From contig NZ_JAQNDL010000003.1 in the NCBI RefSeq assembly GCF_028368995.1, positions 672,001-736,000 of the forward strand: a stretch of DNA of 64,000 nt. The letters are read 5' to 3'. Numbering within the stretch: the stretch's first letter is position 1; each line of letters opens with the position of its first letter. Positions 1-11,427 of the stretch are shown here, piece after piece. The position numbers and the translations under genes were made by a program. The notes below the pieces were generated by a model, which was not told where the DNA came from, ran no database searches, and saw nothing but the letters and a program-made list of their open reading frames with translations. Origin of the DNA: Nannocystis bainbridge (GTDB taxonomy: Bacteria > Myxococcota_A > Polyangia > Nannocystales > Nannocystaceae).

Positions 1-404
<404 letters not shown>

Positions 405-457
405 GAGCGTTTTGGATCCTCAGTGCGCGGTCTAGCGCCCGCGCATGATCTATAGGA

Positions 458-469
458 GAACAAGTGTTC
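458..469. promoter_or_regulatory. Putative LexA (SOS) box upstream of recA
   Basis: Palindrome GAACA-AG-TGTTC (GAAC-N4-GTTC) about 55 bp upstream of the recA start, in an AT-richer patch. Confidence 0.55.
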
Positions 470-575
470 CGTATCAAGCGCTTTCGGCCCTTGAAATCCC
501 CTGGATCGCCTCCCCGGGCGCTTCTCCCGGTTTTTCGCCGCCGCGCCGGCCTCCGCTCCGGCCGGCGATCCCCGG

Positions 576-1706
576 TCACAGCGGGCCCGCGGGGACCCGC
601 CCGGCCAGCATGTCCTGCTCCTGGGCCGCGGAGAACGGCGGCGCCAGCAGGCTCGCGTCGCGCTGGCGCGAGCGAAAGTACTCGAAGATGTAGCGCATGC
701 GGTCGCCGAGTTGCGACCAGTCGTCGGCCCCCGAGCCCTGCGCCTCCGGCCCGCCGAACCCGAGCCAGTCCTCGACCCGGTCGGCCAGCCCGAGCCGGCG
801 CTCGCGCGCCTCGTAGGCGCCCAGCTCCTCCGTGAGCTGCACCAGCCGCGGGTGCTCCAGCCGCGCCAGCCCGTCGGGCCACAGCGGCTGCCCCGGCGGC
901 GCCGGCAGGTCGAAGCCGAGCCGCAGCACCTGCCCCGGCAGCGCCATCGTCATCATCAATTCGGTGGCCGCCCGGCGCACCACCACGCCCAGCGCCGCCG
1001 CCACCGGCCCCTCGACCACGCCCTGCAGGTCGGTCAGCGGGGCCGACAGCGCCCCGGCGATGTACGGCTGGAGCCGCGTCTGCTCGTGCAGCCCGCACAG
1101 CCCGTTGGCCAGCAGCACCAGCTCGGCGCGGATCGCCGGCGAGCGCTCGTGCAGGGCCATGAAGTAGTAGTGAAGCGCCTCGCGCAGCATCGTCTGCCCG
1201 CCCTGCGGCTGCCGCTCCAGCGCCCCGTCGGCCGCGAGCGTCACCACGTCGGGCAGGCTCGGCCCCTCGCTGAAACGCCCCACCACGTCGGCCAGCCGCT
1301 CCTCGGTGCGCGCCGCGGGCTCGGCGAAGGCCGCCGAAAAGGCCGCGAACGCCTCCCCCAGCTCCGCGAACACGATCGTGTTGCCGCCGCCGACGTGGCG
1401 AGCGACCTGCGCCAGCGCCCGCCGCACCGGCGCGCCCACGGCCACGCCGACCGGCAACCCGGGCAGCCGCGCGGCCAGGATCGCCGACACCCCCGCCCCG
1501 AGCTCCTCTTCGCGGATGAACTGCCCGGCCTGCTTCGACGCCCACACGGCGAAGATCGGCCAGGCGAAGTCGCCCTGGCCCAGCAGCTGCGCCATCGCCA
1601 GCGTGAGGCGGTGATACCCGCGTGTGATCAGGAGGTTGCGCAGGACCGGCTGGTCCGCCATCGCCACGATCTCGCGCACCCGCTCGGGCGTGATCCCATC
1701 CACCAT
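576..1706 (-). CDS. Conserved hypothetical protein (possibly DUF2515-like)
   Basis: 376-aa ORF with normal composition and motifs WPIFAVWASKQAG, GLHEQTRLQP and DWSQLGDRMRYIFEYFR. Family assignment is tentative. Confidence 0.7.
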   Translation of the reverse strand: MVDGITPERVREIVAMADQPVLRNLLITRGYHRLTLAMAQLLGQGDFAWPIFAVWASKQAGQFIREEELGAGVSAILAARLPGLPVGVAVGAPVRRALAQVARHVGGGNTIVFAELGEAFAAFSAAFAEPAARTEERLADVVGRFSEGPSLPDVVTLAADGALERQPQGGQTMLREALHYYFMALHERSPAIRAELVLLANGLCGLHEQTRLQPYIAGALSAPLTDLQGVVEGPVAAALGVVVRRAATELMMTMALPGQVLRLGFDLPAPPGQPLWPDGLARLEHPRLVQLTEELGAYEARERRLGLADRVEDWLGFGGPEAQGSGADDWSQLGDRMRYIFEYFRSRQRDASLLAPPFSAAQEQDMLAGRVPAGPL

Positions 1707-1783
1707 CCTCTCATCTTGCCCCGGATTCGCCCGGCAGAGGCCGCTCCCGAGCGGAGCGCCCGCCTCCGCCTCGACGGGCTATC

Positions 1784-3766
1784 GTGACCCCCGTGCCGAC
1801 TCGCCCACGCCGCTCCCCGCCCCGAACCCGCGGCGTGCGCGTCGCGGAGCCGCGCGTCTGCTCCACGCGACCGGCCCGCGCGAACGAACCCGCGAGCCAA
1901 CCCGCGTCCACGAGCCCACTCTCGCAACCTACGTCCGCGCGACTTCGCCTCGCCTCTGCGAGCCCGCTCTCGCAACCTCTGCCCGCACGACTCCGCCTCG
2001 CCGCCGCTTCCCTGCTCTCGCAACCGCCCGCCCGGCCTCGCCCGCCTCGTCCCGCGCCGAGCTCCGCGGTCCGCCTCGCGCTCATGCTCCTGTGCGTGCT
2101 CGCCGGCGCCTGTCGCCCGCGCGCCGAGGAGCCGCCGGCCGAGGACCGCGTCGTCCTCTCGATCGTCGGCACCAGCGACCTCCACGGCCACCTGCGCGCC
2201 CTCCCGCTGCTGGCCGCCCACCTCGAAGCGCTGCGACGCGAGCGCGCCGGGGCCGGCGGCGGCGTCGTCCTGGTCGACGCCGGCGACATGTTCCAGGGCA
2301 CCCTCGAGTCGAACCTCGTCGAGGGCGCCAGCGTCGTCGATGCCTACGCCGCGCTCGGCTACGACGCCGTGACCATCGGCAACCACGAGTTCGATTTCGG
2401 TCCGATCGGCCCGAGGGCTACTGCCACGCCGCCGTTCGGCGCAGGCGAGGCCGACCCGCGCGGGGCCCTGCTGGCGCGCATCGTTCAAGCCCCGTTCCCC
2501 TTCCTGTCGGCCAACCTGCGCCGCAAGGACAGCGCACCGCTGGGCCTCGGCGTGCCCTCGCAGATGATCGAGCGCGCCGGCATCAAGGTCGGCATCGTCG
2601 GCGTGACCACCGAGGCCACCCCGCACACCACCATCGCCGCCAACGTCGCCGACCTCGAGGTCGCCCCGCTGGCCGCCGCGATCGCCAGCGAGGCCGCCTC
2701 GCTGCGCGCCCGCGGGGCCGCGGTGATCGTCGTCGCGGCGCACGCCGGCGGCCGCTGCACCGGCTTCGCCGACCCCGACGACCTGGCGGTCTGCGAGGCC
2801 GACCACGAGATCATGGCCGTCGCCCGCGCCCTCCCGCCCGGCGCCGTCGACGTCATCGTCGCTGGCCACACCCACCAGGCCATGGCCCACCGCGTCGCCG
2901 GTGTGGCGATCGTCCAGTCGTACGCGCTCGGGGTCGCCTTCGGCCGCGTCGACCTGGTCGTCGATAAAACTTCGGGACATGTCGTATCGAACATGGTCCA
3001 CGCGCCACGTCGCCTGTGCGCCGCGGCCGAGGCCGACCCCGACGATCCGCTGTCGGTCTGCGATCCACGCGACGACGACGGCCGGCCCCTGACGCCCGAC
3101 CCCGCGGTGGCCGCCGTGATCGCCCCGGCCCTGGCGACCGCCGACGCGATGCGCGAGCGCCCGCTCGGGCCGACGATCGCCGCCCCGTTCGTGGCCCGAC
3201 GCCGCGGCGAGAACGCCGTCGGCAACCTGTTCGTCGACCTCATGCTGCGGGCCCGGCCCGACGCCGACGTCGCCATCATCAACGGCGGTGGCGTGCGCGC
3301 CGACCTGCCCGCCGGACCGCTGCGCTACGGGGCGCTGTACGAGGCGTTCCCGTTCGACAACCGGTTCGCCCGCGTGAAGCTGCGCGCCGGCGACTTCGCG
3401 GCGATGATCGCCGGCAGCCTCGGCGGCGGCGCCTTCTTCTCGCTCGGCGGCCTGGACGCGGTCGCCACCTGCGACGGCCCCGACCTCCGCGTCAGCCTGC
3501 AGGCCGCCGGGGTCACGCTCGCGGCGGATCAGGAGATCGTGGTGCTCGCCAGCGACTTCCTGGCCACCGGCGGCGACCGGGCCTTCGCCGGCCTGCAGGA
3601 GCGCGGCCTGGCGACCGTCACGCTCGAGGAGGACCCACCGCTGCGCGAGGCCCTGGCCGCCGAGCTCGAGAAGCTCGGCCCCGCCACGCTGGCGCCGCTC
3701 GCCTACCACGACCCCGAGCACCCGCGGATCCGCGCCCCCGGCGAGCCACCGGTCCGCTGCCCGTGA
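1784..3766 (+). CDS. Bifunctional metallophosphatase/5'-nucleotidase (UshA-like) lipoprotein
   Basis: Motifs TSDLHG, DAGDMFQG, GNHEFDFG, FLSAN, GHTH, NGGGVRA and FPFDN; lipobox LAGAC. The true start is probably downstream (ATG 2084 or nearby). Confidence 0.93.
   Translation: MTPVPTRPRRSPPRTRGVRVAEPRVCSTRPARANEPASQPASTSPLSQPTSARLRLASASPLSQPLPARLRLAAASLLSQPPARPRPPRPAPSSAVRLALMLLCVLAGACRPRAEEPPAEDRVVLSIVGTSDLHGHLRALPLLAAHLEALRRERAGAGGGVVLVDAGDMFQGTLESNLVEGASVVDAYAALGYDAVTIGNHEFDFGPIGPRATATPPFGAGEADPRGALLARIVQAPFPFLSANLRRKDSAPLGLGVPSQMIERAGIKVGIVGVTTEATPHTTIAANVADLEVAPLAAAIASEAASLRARGAAVIVVAAHAGGRCTGFADPDDLAVCEADHEIMAVARALPPGAVDVIVAGHTHQAMAHRVAGVAIVQSYALGVAFGRVDLVVDKTSGHVVSNMVHAPRRLCAAAEADPDDPLSVCDPRDDDGRPLTPDPAVAAVIAPALATADAMRERPLGPTIAAPFVARRRGENAVGNLFVDLMLRARPDADVAIINGGGVRADLPAGPLRYGALYEAFPFDNRFARVKLRAGDFAAMIAGSLGGGAFFSLGGLDAVATCDGPDLRVSLQAAGVTLAADQEIVVLASDFLATGGDRAFAGLQERGLATVTLEEDPPLREALAAELEKLGPATLAPLAYHDPEHPRIRAPGEPPVRCP
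1911..2045 (+). repeat. Degenerate 48-bp tandem repeat (about 3 copies)
   Basis: CTCTCGCAACC core at 1919, 1967 and 2015. Confidence 0.7.
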
Positions 3767-3794
3767 CCGCGGCGAGCTCCGGAGGCCCGCGCTG

Positions 3795-3960
3795 CAGCAT
3801 GTCCACGAGGACATGCCCTGTGAGGCATGTCCTTTAGAGCATGCCCCCTTCGACATGCCCCCTTCGACATGTCCCCTTCGACATGTCCCTTTCGACGAGC
3901 GCCGGCTGACGCGGGCCCACGAACTCAATTTTTAAGAACATGTCCCGCGCTACATGACCC
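3795..3960. repeat. Array of GGACATGTCC-like decamers on a 14-bp period
   Basis: CATG at 3798, 3812, 3826, 3840, 3854, 3868 and 3882, then 3939 and 3953; lies between convergent genes. Confidence 0.9.
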
Positions 3961-4115
3961 GAGGGCCACCCGCCGCCGCGCCGCGCCTCTCGCCGCGACT
4001 CGGCCGCGACTCCCCGGCGCGCCGGCGTTCACCGCCAAAACGCCTGCCTGCGGCGAGCGAGATCTTCCTGGCGTGAAGTCGCCGGAGGATTGTGCGGCGA
4101 GCGTCTGGAAAACTC

Positions 4116-5411
4116 TCAAGCTTCGAGTTCGCGGACCTCGGCGAGGCCGCGAGCCACCAGGCGGTCCCACACCAGCTTGAGGGCCACCATCCCTGCCGTG
4201 TGCTGGATGAGCGCCCGGTCGCCCCACAGTTGCACGCGCTTGTGCGTGCACGTCTCGGCGTCCGCGACCGCGAAGTCGACCGTGCCGACCGGCTTCTCGG
4301 GCGAGCCGCCGCCGGGTCCGGCGATACCGGTGATGCTGACGGCCAGATCGACGCCCAGCGCCCGTCGCGCGCCCTCGGCCATCTCGCGCGCCACCGGTTC
4401 GGACACCGCCCCATGGGTGGCGAGACTGTCCTCCGTGACCCCCAAGATCCCCGTCTTCACGCTGTTGGCGTAGGCCACCACCCCGCCGAGGACCACGTCC
4501 GAGGAGCCGGCCACAGCGGTGAGCCGCGCGGCCACCCGTCCCCCGGTACAGGACTCGGCGGTGCCGAGGGTGAGGCCCGCCTGGCGACAGGCGGCCAGCA
4601 CCCGCACCTCGAGCTCGGCCTCGCCGATGCCGTAGAGCGAGCGGCCGAGCGCCGCCTCGAACGGGGCGTCGAAGCTGCGCAGCTCCTCTTCCGTGGCCCG
4701 GGCCCCGCCCTCGCCGGCCAGCGCCTCGAGGATCAGCAGCACCTGCGGCGTCGCGGCCCGGTAGTGGAGGTAGACGGCCGCGAGCCCCGCCGAGCGGGCC
4801 CGCGCCGCGGCAAGAATCGGCTCCACGTCGACCGCCACGGCCGATTCGCCGCGGCCGATCAGGCGATACACGCGCCGCAGCGGCTCGGGCAGGGCGAACC
4901 GCCGGCGCAGCCGCGGCTCGATCTGCTCGGCCATCATCTTCTTCATCTCGCGCGGGACCCCGGGCATGCAGGCCACGAGGGTGCCGCGCGGCAGGTCGAC
5001 GGCGAAGCCCGGGGCCGTACCGACCGGGTTCGGCAACACGTCGCAGCCCGCCGGCAGGTCGGCCTGCTTGCGATTGATGTCCGGCATGGGTCGGCCGAAG
5101 CCGGCGAACACGGCCGCGATCGCGGCCTCGGAGGCGGCGTCGCGGACCAGCGGGACGCCGGCGGCGAGCGCGACGGCCTCGGCGGTGAGGTCGTCCGACG
5201 TGGGGCCGAGGCCGCCGGAGACGAGGCAGAGATCGACCGCGCCGTCGCCGACGGCGGCCACGATCTCGGGGATCCGGTCGCGGACCGAAAGCGCCCGGAC
5301 GACCTCGAAGCCCAGGCGTCGACAGCGTTCGCCGAGGTACGCCAGGTTGGTGTTGACCGTGTCTCCAGCCAACAATTCGTCGCCGATGGTGAGGATCTGG
5401 GCCGTGGGCAT
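4116..5411 (-). CDS. cinA: CinA family protein (MoCF-like domain plus NMN deamidase PncC domain)
   Basis: [76 protein letters not shown]. Confidence 0.96.
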   Translation of the reverse strand: MPTAQILTIGDELLAGDTVNTNLAYLGERCRRLGFEVVRALSVRDRIPEIVAAVGDGAVDLCLVSGGLGPTSDDLTAEAVALAAGVPLVRDAASEAAIAAVFAGFGRPMPDINRKQADLPAGCDVLPNPVGTAPGFAVDLPRGTLVACMPGVPREMKKMMAEQIEPRLRRRFALPEPLRRVYRLIGRGESAVAVDVEPILAAARARSAGLAAVYLHYRAATPQVLLILEALAGEGGARATEEELRSFDAPFEAALGRSLYGIGEAELEVRVLAACRQAGLTLGTAESCTGGRVAARLTAVAGSSDVVLGGVVAYANSVKTGILGVTEDSLATHGAVSEPVAREMAEGARRALGVDLAVSITGIAGPGGGSPEKPVGTVDFAVADAETCTHKRVQLWGDRALIQHTAGMVALKLVWDRLVARGLAEVRELEA

Positions 5412-5548
5412 CGCCCGGGCACCCTAGCACCCCTCTGCGCGCGACGGCCTGGGCGCGGGTGGCTCGGCGGTGCGGGCTGGAGCGCCCTCCGCGCGCCCGG
5501 TCGCCGGTCTTTCCGCGCTTGCGAGGGTCCGCTAGGATAAACGCCACC

Positions 5549-6307
5549 GTGCGACTTCGTTACGCTGCCAAGACCGATGTGGGCATGAAGCGCGCCCACA
5601 ACGAGGATTACTTCTCGCTGATCGAAGACGAGAAGGTGTTCCTGGTCGCCGATGGCATGGGCGGGCACGCGTGCGGCGAGGTCGCGAGCAAGCTCTCCGG
5701 CGACGTGATCAGCGAGTTCTACATGCACTCGAAGGACATGGACGCGACGTGGCCGTACCGCTACGACCCGAACCTGTCCTATCCCGAGAACCGCATGGTC
5801 GCCGCCGTGAGGCTGGCCAACGCGCGCATCTACGACGCCGCGCAAAAGAACCCGAACCTGCGCGGCATGGGCACCACGATCGTCGGCTGCATGTTCGTCG
5901 GCGACCACGTCTACATCTCCCACGTCGGCGACTCGCGCTGCTACCGGATCAACGCCGAGATCAAGCAGCTCACGCGCGACCACTCGCTGCTCGAGGACTA
6001 CAAGGACGCGCGGCCCGACATGAGCGAGGAAGAGGCCCGCAACTTCCCGCACAAGAACGTCATCACGCGCGCGCTCGGCATGCGCGACACGGTCCAGGTC
6101 GACATCACCAAGCACCAGGTGAACGACGGCGACCAGTTCGTGCTCTGCTCCGACGGCCTGTCGGGCATGGTCGACGACAAGACGATCTTCAAGATCGTGC
6201 GCGAGGCCAGCACCCTCGAGAACGCGGTCGCCGAGCTGATCGAGCAGGCCAACCGCGCCGGCGGGACCGACAACATCACCGCCATGCTGATCCAGTGCAA
6301 CCTCTGA
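5549..6307 (+). CDS. PP2C-family Ser/Thr phosphatase (Stp1/PrpC-like)
   Basis: [58 protein letters not shown]; GTG start at 5549. Confidence 0.96.
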   Translation: MRLRYAAKTDVGMKRAHNEDYFSLIEDEKVFLVADGMGGHACGEVASKLSGDVISEFYMHSKDMDATWPYRYDPNLSYPENRMVAAVRLANARIYDAAQKNPNLRGMGTTIVGCMFVGDHVYISHVGDSRCYRINAEIKQLTRDHSLLEDYKDARPDMSEEEARNFPHKNVITRALGMRDTVQVDITKHQVNDGDQFVLCSDGLSGMVDDKTIFKIVREASTLENAVAELIEQANRAGGTDNITAMLIQCNL

Positions 6308-6371
6308 CCTGCGGCGCCCACCGGCTCCGCGGCTCGCTCGCTCCCCACCCCATCTTCACGGGTGAATTCTC

Positions 6372-6758
6372 GTGACCACAGACTCTCCCGCCAATCGCCG
6401 CGCCGAGGCCCGCCACCCGGTCCACTTCGAGGTCGACTGCACCTCGGGTGACACCTTTCTCTACGCCCACATCACCGACATCTCGTCGATGGGCATCTTC
6501 ATCTCGACCGACAAGCCGCTGCCGGTCGGCACCGCGCTGCAGCTCGCGTTCACGCCGCGCGCCGACGCCGGCCAGCCGACGCCGCAGCGGCTCGAGCTGA
6601 CGGGCGAGGTCATGTGGAGCACGACCGGGCAGGTCGCGCCCGACAAGCCGGGCATGGGCGTGCGCTTCGATCACGCCGCCCCGAAGACGCGCAGCCGCCT
6701 GCTCGAGCTGGTGCGCGCGATCGCGTACCTCGACGTCACGACCGACATCAAGCCCTGA
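6372..6758 (+). CDS. Stand-alone PilZ domain protein (myxobacterial TIGR02266-like)
   Basis: RRAEAR (RxxxR), DISSMG (D/NxSxxG), GEVMW, PGMGVRF. Confidence 0.9.
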   Translation: MTTDSPANRRAEARHPVHFEVDCTSGDTFLYAHITDISSMGIFISTDKPLPVGTALQLAFTPRADAGQPTPQRLELTGEVMWSTTGQVAPDKPGMGVRFDHAAPKTRSRLLELVRAIAYLDVTTDIKP

Positions 6759-6800
6759 GCCCGGCCTCCGCCCGGGCGCTCTCTCGCCCTGCTGGCCCGT

Positions 6801-9800
6801 ATGTCCCTTCGGACACCCAACGACCGTCCCGGCGGCGAGGCCGGAGGCGACGAGCCGTCCGTCGAGCCGCGACGGATCGGCCGGTTCGCCCTGCTCAGAC
6901 GTCTCGGCGCCGGGACGATGGGCGTGGTCTATGCCGCCTACGACCCGCAGCTCGACCGCAAGGTCGCGGTCAAGCTGCTGAAGCGCAGCGACGGCGGCGA
7001 GACGAGCACGCGCTGGCAAGACCGGCTGCTGCGCGAGGCCCAGGCGCTGGCCAAGCTGTCGCACCCCAACGTGGTCCAGATCCACGAGGTCGGCTTCCAC
7101 GGCGACGAGGTGTTCGTCGCCATGGAGTTCGTCACCGGGATGACCCTTCGGACATGGCTCTCGGAGCAGCGTCGGAGCTGGCGCGAGGTCGCGGCGGTGT
7201 TCGCCCAGGCGGCGCGCGGGCTGGCGGCGGCGCACGCGGCCGGGCTGGTCCACCGCGACGTGAAGCCCGACAACATCCTGGTCGGTGACGACGGCCGGGT
7301 CCGCGTGGTCGACTTCGGGCTGGTCCGCTTCGGCGACGAGGACGACGAGGAGCACACCGACGAGGTCCCGCTGGCGCGGGCGCACGCGACCCGCACGGCC
7401 TCGGGGATCTTGCTGGGGACGCCGGCGTACATGTCGCCGGAGCAGTTCCGCGGCCGCCCGGCCGACGCGCTGTCGGATCAGTTCAGCCTGTGCGTGGCGC
7501 TCTACGAGGCGCTGCACGGCGAGCGGCCGTTCGCCGGCGAGACCGCCGACGAGGTCGCGCACGCGGTCGTGCGCGGCCAGCTGGCGCCGCGGCTCGAGCG
7601 ACCGGTTCCGGCCTGGCTGCAGCGGCTGGTGCTGCGCGGCCTGGCCCACGACCCCGGCGCGCGCTGGCCCGGCCTCGACGCCCTGGCCGCCGAGCTGGCC
7701 CGCGACCACGGCCGCCGTCGCCGCGTCGTAGCGATCGCGACCGCCACGACGGCCGCGCTCGTGGCCGTGCTCGCGGCTGTCCTTTGGGTCAGCTCGTGGC
7801 GCGACCGCGAGGCCCAGGCCCAGGCCGAGGCGCTGGCCGCCGGGCGCCTGCGCGCGGCCGAGGACAGCATCGACGAGTTCCTCCGCGCCGGTCGCCAGGC
7901 CGACGCCGCCGCCGTGCTCGACGCCTTCGTCGCCGTGCCCGAGCACCGCACCACCCGCGCCCTCGCCGACGCCCTGCGCAGCTGGGGCGACCGCATGCGC
8001 GCCCGCGACGACATCCCGGCCGCCCGCGCCGCCTATGCCCGCGCCTACGCGGCCGCGCTCGACACCACCGCCGAGCGCACGATCCTCGGCGACTTCGTGC
8101 GCCTGTTCCACGAGCAGTGGTCGTGGGACCAGCTCGGCAACCTGTGCACCCTGCTCGCCGGCCAGGCGCCCGCGAGCCCGTGGGCCGGACGCTGCGCCGA
8201 GGCGGCGTTCGCCCGCCGTGACTTCGCCGCGATCGCCGAGGCCCGCGCGCGCACGCCCGGCGATCCGACCCTCACCGACCTCGCGCCGCTGGCCGCCGCC
8301 TGGGCCGTGGCCACCCCGCTCGGCCACGATGTCCTCGGCGCCGGCACCCTCTCGCCGCCCGGCGCCGCGGAGCCCGAGCTCTACCTCCACGTCGACAGCC
8401 CCGCGCCCGGCCGCCTCGACGTCGTCCGCCCGACCCCCGCGCTGCCGCCGGTGCGCAGCTACGCGCTGCCGAGCCGGTTGCCCGCGCGCCTGCAGCCCCT
8501 GTCTCTCGGGCCAGGTCAGCCGCCGCTGCTGGTCACCTGGAGCGCCGCCCACCGCCGCGTCTCGCTGGCGGCCGCCGGCCCCGAGCGCCTGGCCGAGCTG
8601 ATCAGCGTCACCGGCGACGAGCCGCTCGGGGCCGCCGTCGCCGACCTCGACGGCGACGGCGCGCGCGAGGTCTACGTCGGCACCGGTCCGTACGGGCGGG
8701 TGCTCCTGTCCTTTCGGACAGGAGCCGACGGGACCTGGCGCGTCGACCATCCGCACCCCGAGACCGACGCTACCAACTCCGACATCAACGCGGTGATCGC
8801 CGCCGACCTCGACGGCGACGGCGCCGAGGAGCTGGCGATCGCCGCCGGTCCGTGGCGCGCCTTCGACGTCCGCGTGCTCCGCCCCGGCAAGGGCCGCGCG
8901 CTCGAGTTGGTCGCGCGCCGCAAGCTCGGCGCCGTGGTCGGCCTCGCCCCGCTGCGCACCGCCGCCGGCGAGCTCCTGCTCGTCGCCGCCAAGACCGACT
9001 ACTACCCGAGCAAGATCGCCTTCTCCGCCGAGAACCCCACCGGGCCGCCCGCCGGCGTTTATCTGCTGCGCCTCGCCGGCCGCGAGCTCGAGACCGTGCA
9101 GTTCCTGCCCGCGCCGCGTCGCGCCGGCGCGGCCGCCCCGGTCGACCTGCACCGGCTCTACGTCGGCGACCTCGACGGCGACGGCCTCGACGACATCCTG
9201 CTCGGCGTCCACGACCCCGAGCTGCAGCCGGGCTTCAGCGTGATCCACCGCCAGCGCCGCGACGGCAGCTTCGGCGCGGCGATCCTGGCCGGCTTCCAGC
9301 CGGTCGCGCTGGTCGAGGTCGACGGCGACCCGGCGGCGGAGTTGGTCGTGCGCACCACGGTGGCGACCACCAGCCAGGAGTCGTGGCTGCTCGGCGCCGG
9401 CGACGAGGCCACGCCGACGCTGCCGCTCGCGCGCGCGCCCCAGTCGGCGCCGACGCCCGCGCTGGCCGATCCGCTGCTGGCCCGGGCGTGGGAGCGCGCC
9501 GAGGAGCTGGCCAGGCTCGACCTGTCCTCCGAGGCAGCTCGCGCCCTCGACGACCTCGCCGGCCTCCTGCCCGACGCGCCGCGCACCGCCGCGCGCCTGC
9601 GGGCCGCCGCGCTGCACGAGGCCGCCGGCGATCACCTCGCCGCCGCCGAGCGGTTCGAGCAACTCGGCGAGCAGACCGACGCGCTGCTCGGGGCGGCCCG
9701 CGCCTACGAGCGGGCCGGTCGGTTCGCCGACGCCCTGCGAGTGACGCGGCTCCTCGCCAAGCGCGACGACCTGCCGCGCGCCGATGCGGCCCACGTGCGC

Positions 9801-11183
9801 GACCGCGTGGCCCAGCTGGCCGGGATCGTCGAGGACGTCGAGGTCGTCGCCCTGCGCTTCGACCAGCCGCTGGCGACGCCGTGGCAGATCGACGACCCGA
9901 CCACCGCGCACCAGGACCTCGTCGGCCAGCACCTGCAGATCGACGCCTTCGCCGGCCACGGCCCGATCGCCCGCTTCCCGTTCGAGTGGTCGACCGGCCC
10001 GCTCGGCCTCCAGGTCGACCTCGCGCTCGAGCGCGGGGAGTGGGGCTCGGGCCTGGTGATCGGCGTGCGCCCGGTCGGCAGCCCGGCCCTGCTGTCGGCC
10101 GTGCGCATCGACATCATCGGCGGCGGCGGCATGTTCCGCCGCCGCCACCTGTGCCAGGTCGCGGGCCTCGAGGAGCACATCCTGACCCAGGAGTCAGGCG
10201 AAGATCCGGCCCGCCCCGGCCACCTCCGCCTCACCCTCGAGCTGCTGCCCGAGCTGGGCCAGATCGTCTGCAGCGCCGTCGTCGACGGCGTCCGCCACGA
10301 GCGTCGCTCGCGGCTCACCACCGAGGCCATGCCGCCGCCGGGCCGCTACGAGCTGGTCGTCATGCCGAGCAGCTTCGGCGACCCGGCCAGCCTGTGGAGC
10401 TCGGCCAAGCTGCGCGCGCTGACCCTCCGCGGGGCCCGCCGCAGCGCCGCGACCGAGGAGTCGGCGATCGCCTACGCGGCGCGCCTGCTGGTCCAGGGCG
10501 AGGCCGAGTCGGCGCTGGTCGAGCTCGAGCGGCTCCCGGGCGACGACCCGAAGCTGGCGATCTGGCGCGCGCTGGCGCTGTCGGAGCTCGGCCGCTGGCA
10601 CGAGGCCACCGCGGCCCTGCGGCCCGGCCTGCTCGAACACCCGTCGGCCCGCGCGGCCCTGCTCGGCCTGATGCGCGCGCGCCGGCAGACGATCGCCCCG
10701 CTGGTCCGCGCCGCCTTCGGCACCGGCTACTTCCGCCTGTTCTGGGAGGCGATGGACGACGTGCTGCGCCACCACGGCGACCCGCTGATCGAGCGCACGC
10801 TGACGACCGATCTGTCGGACCTCGGCGAGTTCCGCCCGGCCGCCGGCGACGTCGATGGACATGTCCTCAAGGTCAGGTTGCTGTTCGAGCGCGGCCGGGC
10901 CTGGAGCGCGCTGAAGCAGGAGCAGCGGGCCCGCGTCGACCTGGCCGCCGCCGCGGCGCTGGCCGCCCTGCTGCCGGCCGCCCGCCGCACCGACCTCGAC
11001 ATCGACTACGAGCGCGCCGCCCTCGAGGCGGTGGCCGGCCGCCGCGACGCCGCCCGCGAATTCGCCGACCGCGCCCTCCGCAACGCCCCCGCCCGCGAGC
11101 TGATGGCCGACCGCATCCGCTTCGACCCCCGCTTCGCCGCCCTCGCCGACGACGCCGCCTGGCAGGCGCTGCTCGGCAACTAG
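6801..11183 (+). CDS. Hanks-type Ser/Thr kinase with TM helix, FG-GAP/VCBS-like repeats and TPR-like helices
   Basis: [43 protein letters not shown]; hydrophobic helix near aa 310-330; four DLDGDG/DGD Ca-binding-type repeats. Confidence 0.93.
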   Translation: MSLRTPNDRPGGEAGGDEPSVEPRRIGRFALLRRLGAGTMGVVYAAYDPQLDRKVAVKLLKRSDGGETSTRWQDRLLREAQALAKLSHPNVVQIHEVGFHGDEVFVAMEFVTGMTLRTWLSEQRRSWREVAAVFAQAARGLAAAHAAGLVHRDVKPDNILVGDDGRVRVVDFGLVRFGDEDDEEHTDEVPLARAHATRTASGILLGTPAYMSPEQFRGRPADALSDQFSLCVALYEALHGERPFAGETADEVAHAVVRGQLAPRLERPVPAWLQRLVLRGLAHDPGARWPGLDALAAELARDHGRRRRVVAIATATTAALVAVLAAVLWVSSWRDREAQAQAEALAAGRLRAAEDSIDEFLRAGRQADAAAVLDAFVAVPEHRTTRALADALRSWGDRMRARDDIPAARAAYARAYAAALDTTAERTILGDFVRLFHEQWSWDQLGNLCTLLAGQAPASPWAGRCAEAAFARRDFAAIAEARARTPGDPTLTDLAPLAAAWAVATPLGHDVLGAGTLSPPGAAEPELYLHVDSPAPGRLDVVRPTPALPPVRSYALPSRLPARLQPLSLGPGQPPLLVTWSAAHRRVSLAAAGPERLAELISVTGDEPLGAAVADLDGDGAREVYVGTGPYGRVLLSFRTGADGTWRVDHPHPETDATNSDINAVIAADLDGDGAEELAIAAGPWRAFDVRVLRPGKGRALELVARRKLGAVVGLAPLRTAAGELLLVAAKTDYYPSKIAFSAENPTGPPAGVYLLRLAGRELETVQFLPAPRRAGAAAPVDLHRLYVGDLDGDGLDDILLGVHDPELQPGFSVIHRQRRDGSFGAAILAGFQPVALVEVDGDPAAELVVRTTVATTSQESWLLGAGDEATPTLPLARAPQSAPTPALADPLLARAWERAEELARLDLSSEAARALDDLAGLLPDAPRTAARLRAAALHEAAGDHLAAAERFEQLGEQTDALLGAARAYERAGRFADALRVTRLLAKRDDLPRADAAHVRDRVAQLAGIVEDVEVVALRFDQPLATPWQIDDPTTAHQDLVGQHLQIDAFAGHGPIARFPFEWSTGPLGLQVDLALERGEWGSGLVIGVRPVGSPALLSAVRIDIIGGGGMFRRRHLCQVAGLEEHILTQESGEDPARPGHLRLTLELLPELGQIVCSAVVDGVRHERRSRLTTEAMPPPGRYELVVMPSSFGDPASLWSSAKLRALTLRGARRSAATEESAIAYAARLLVQGEAESALVELERLPGDDPKLAIWRALALSELGRWHEATAALRPGLLEHPSARAALLGLMRARRQTIAPLVRAAFGTGYFRLFWEAMDDVLRHHGDPLIERTLTTDLSDLGEFRPAAGDVDGHVLKVRLLFERGRAWSALKQEQRARVDLAAAAALAALLPAARRTDLDIDYERAALEAVAGRRDAAREFADRALRNAPARELMADRIRFDPRFAALADDAAWQALLGN

Positions 11184-11190
11184 CCCGAAC

Positions 11191-11427
11191 GGACATGTTC
11201 TGAAGATTATGCTCCGAGAGACATGCTCGATGGAGCATGTCCTTTAGGACCTATGATCGACCCGTTTCACGACCGTGCCGCGGGTCTGGCGACGAAGAGC
11301 CGGACTCCCGAAGGCCTGACGCCCGCGGCGGTCCTCCGTCGCGCAGCCCTCGACGCCGACTGACCAATCTTTAAGAACATGTCCCTTCGATCATGCTCGA
11401 TCGAGCATGCCCGAAGAGACATCCTCT
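11191..11427. repeat. Two arrays of the 14-bp-period decamer motif
   Basis: ggacatgttc-tgaa-gattatgctc-cgag-agacatgctc-gatg-gagcatgtcc-ttta-ggacct, and gaacatgtcc-cttc-gatcatgctc-gatc-gagcatgccc-gaag-agacatcc; between convergent genes. Confidence 0.85.

Noticed and set aside
3795-3895. Match of GGACATGTCC to the p53 half-site, or to parS
   Set aside because: The p53 similarity is coincidental in a bacterium, and the motif does not match the parS consensus GTTTCAC-GTGAAAC.
6276-10178. Very long antisense or alternate-frame ORFs (also 54618-59426, 44052-47138, 39544-42486, 35318-37888, 8852-11203)
   Set aside because: Shadow ORFs typical of high-GC DNA: low-complexity or Arg/Gly/Pro-rich, and overlapping genes with clear family motifs.
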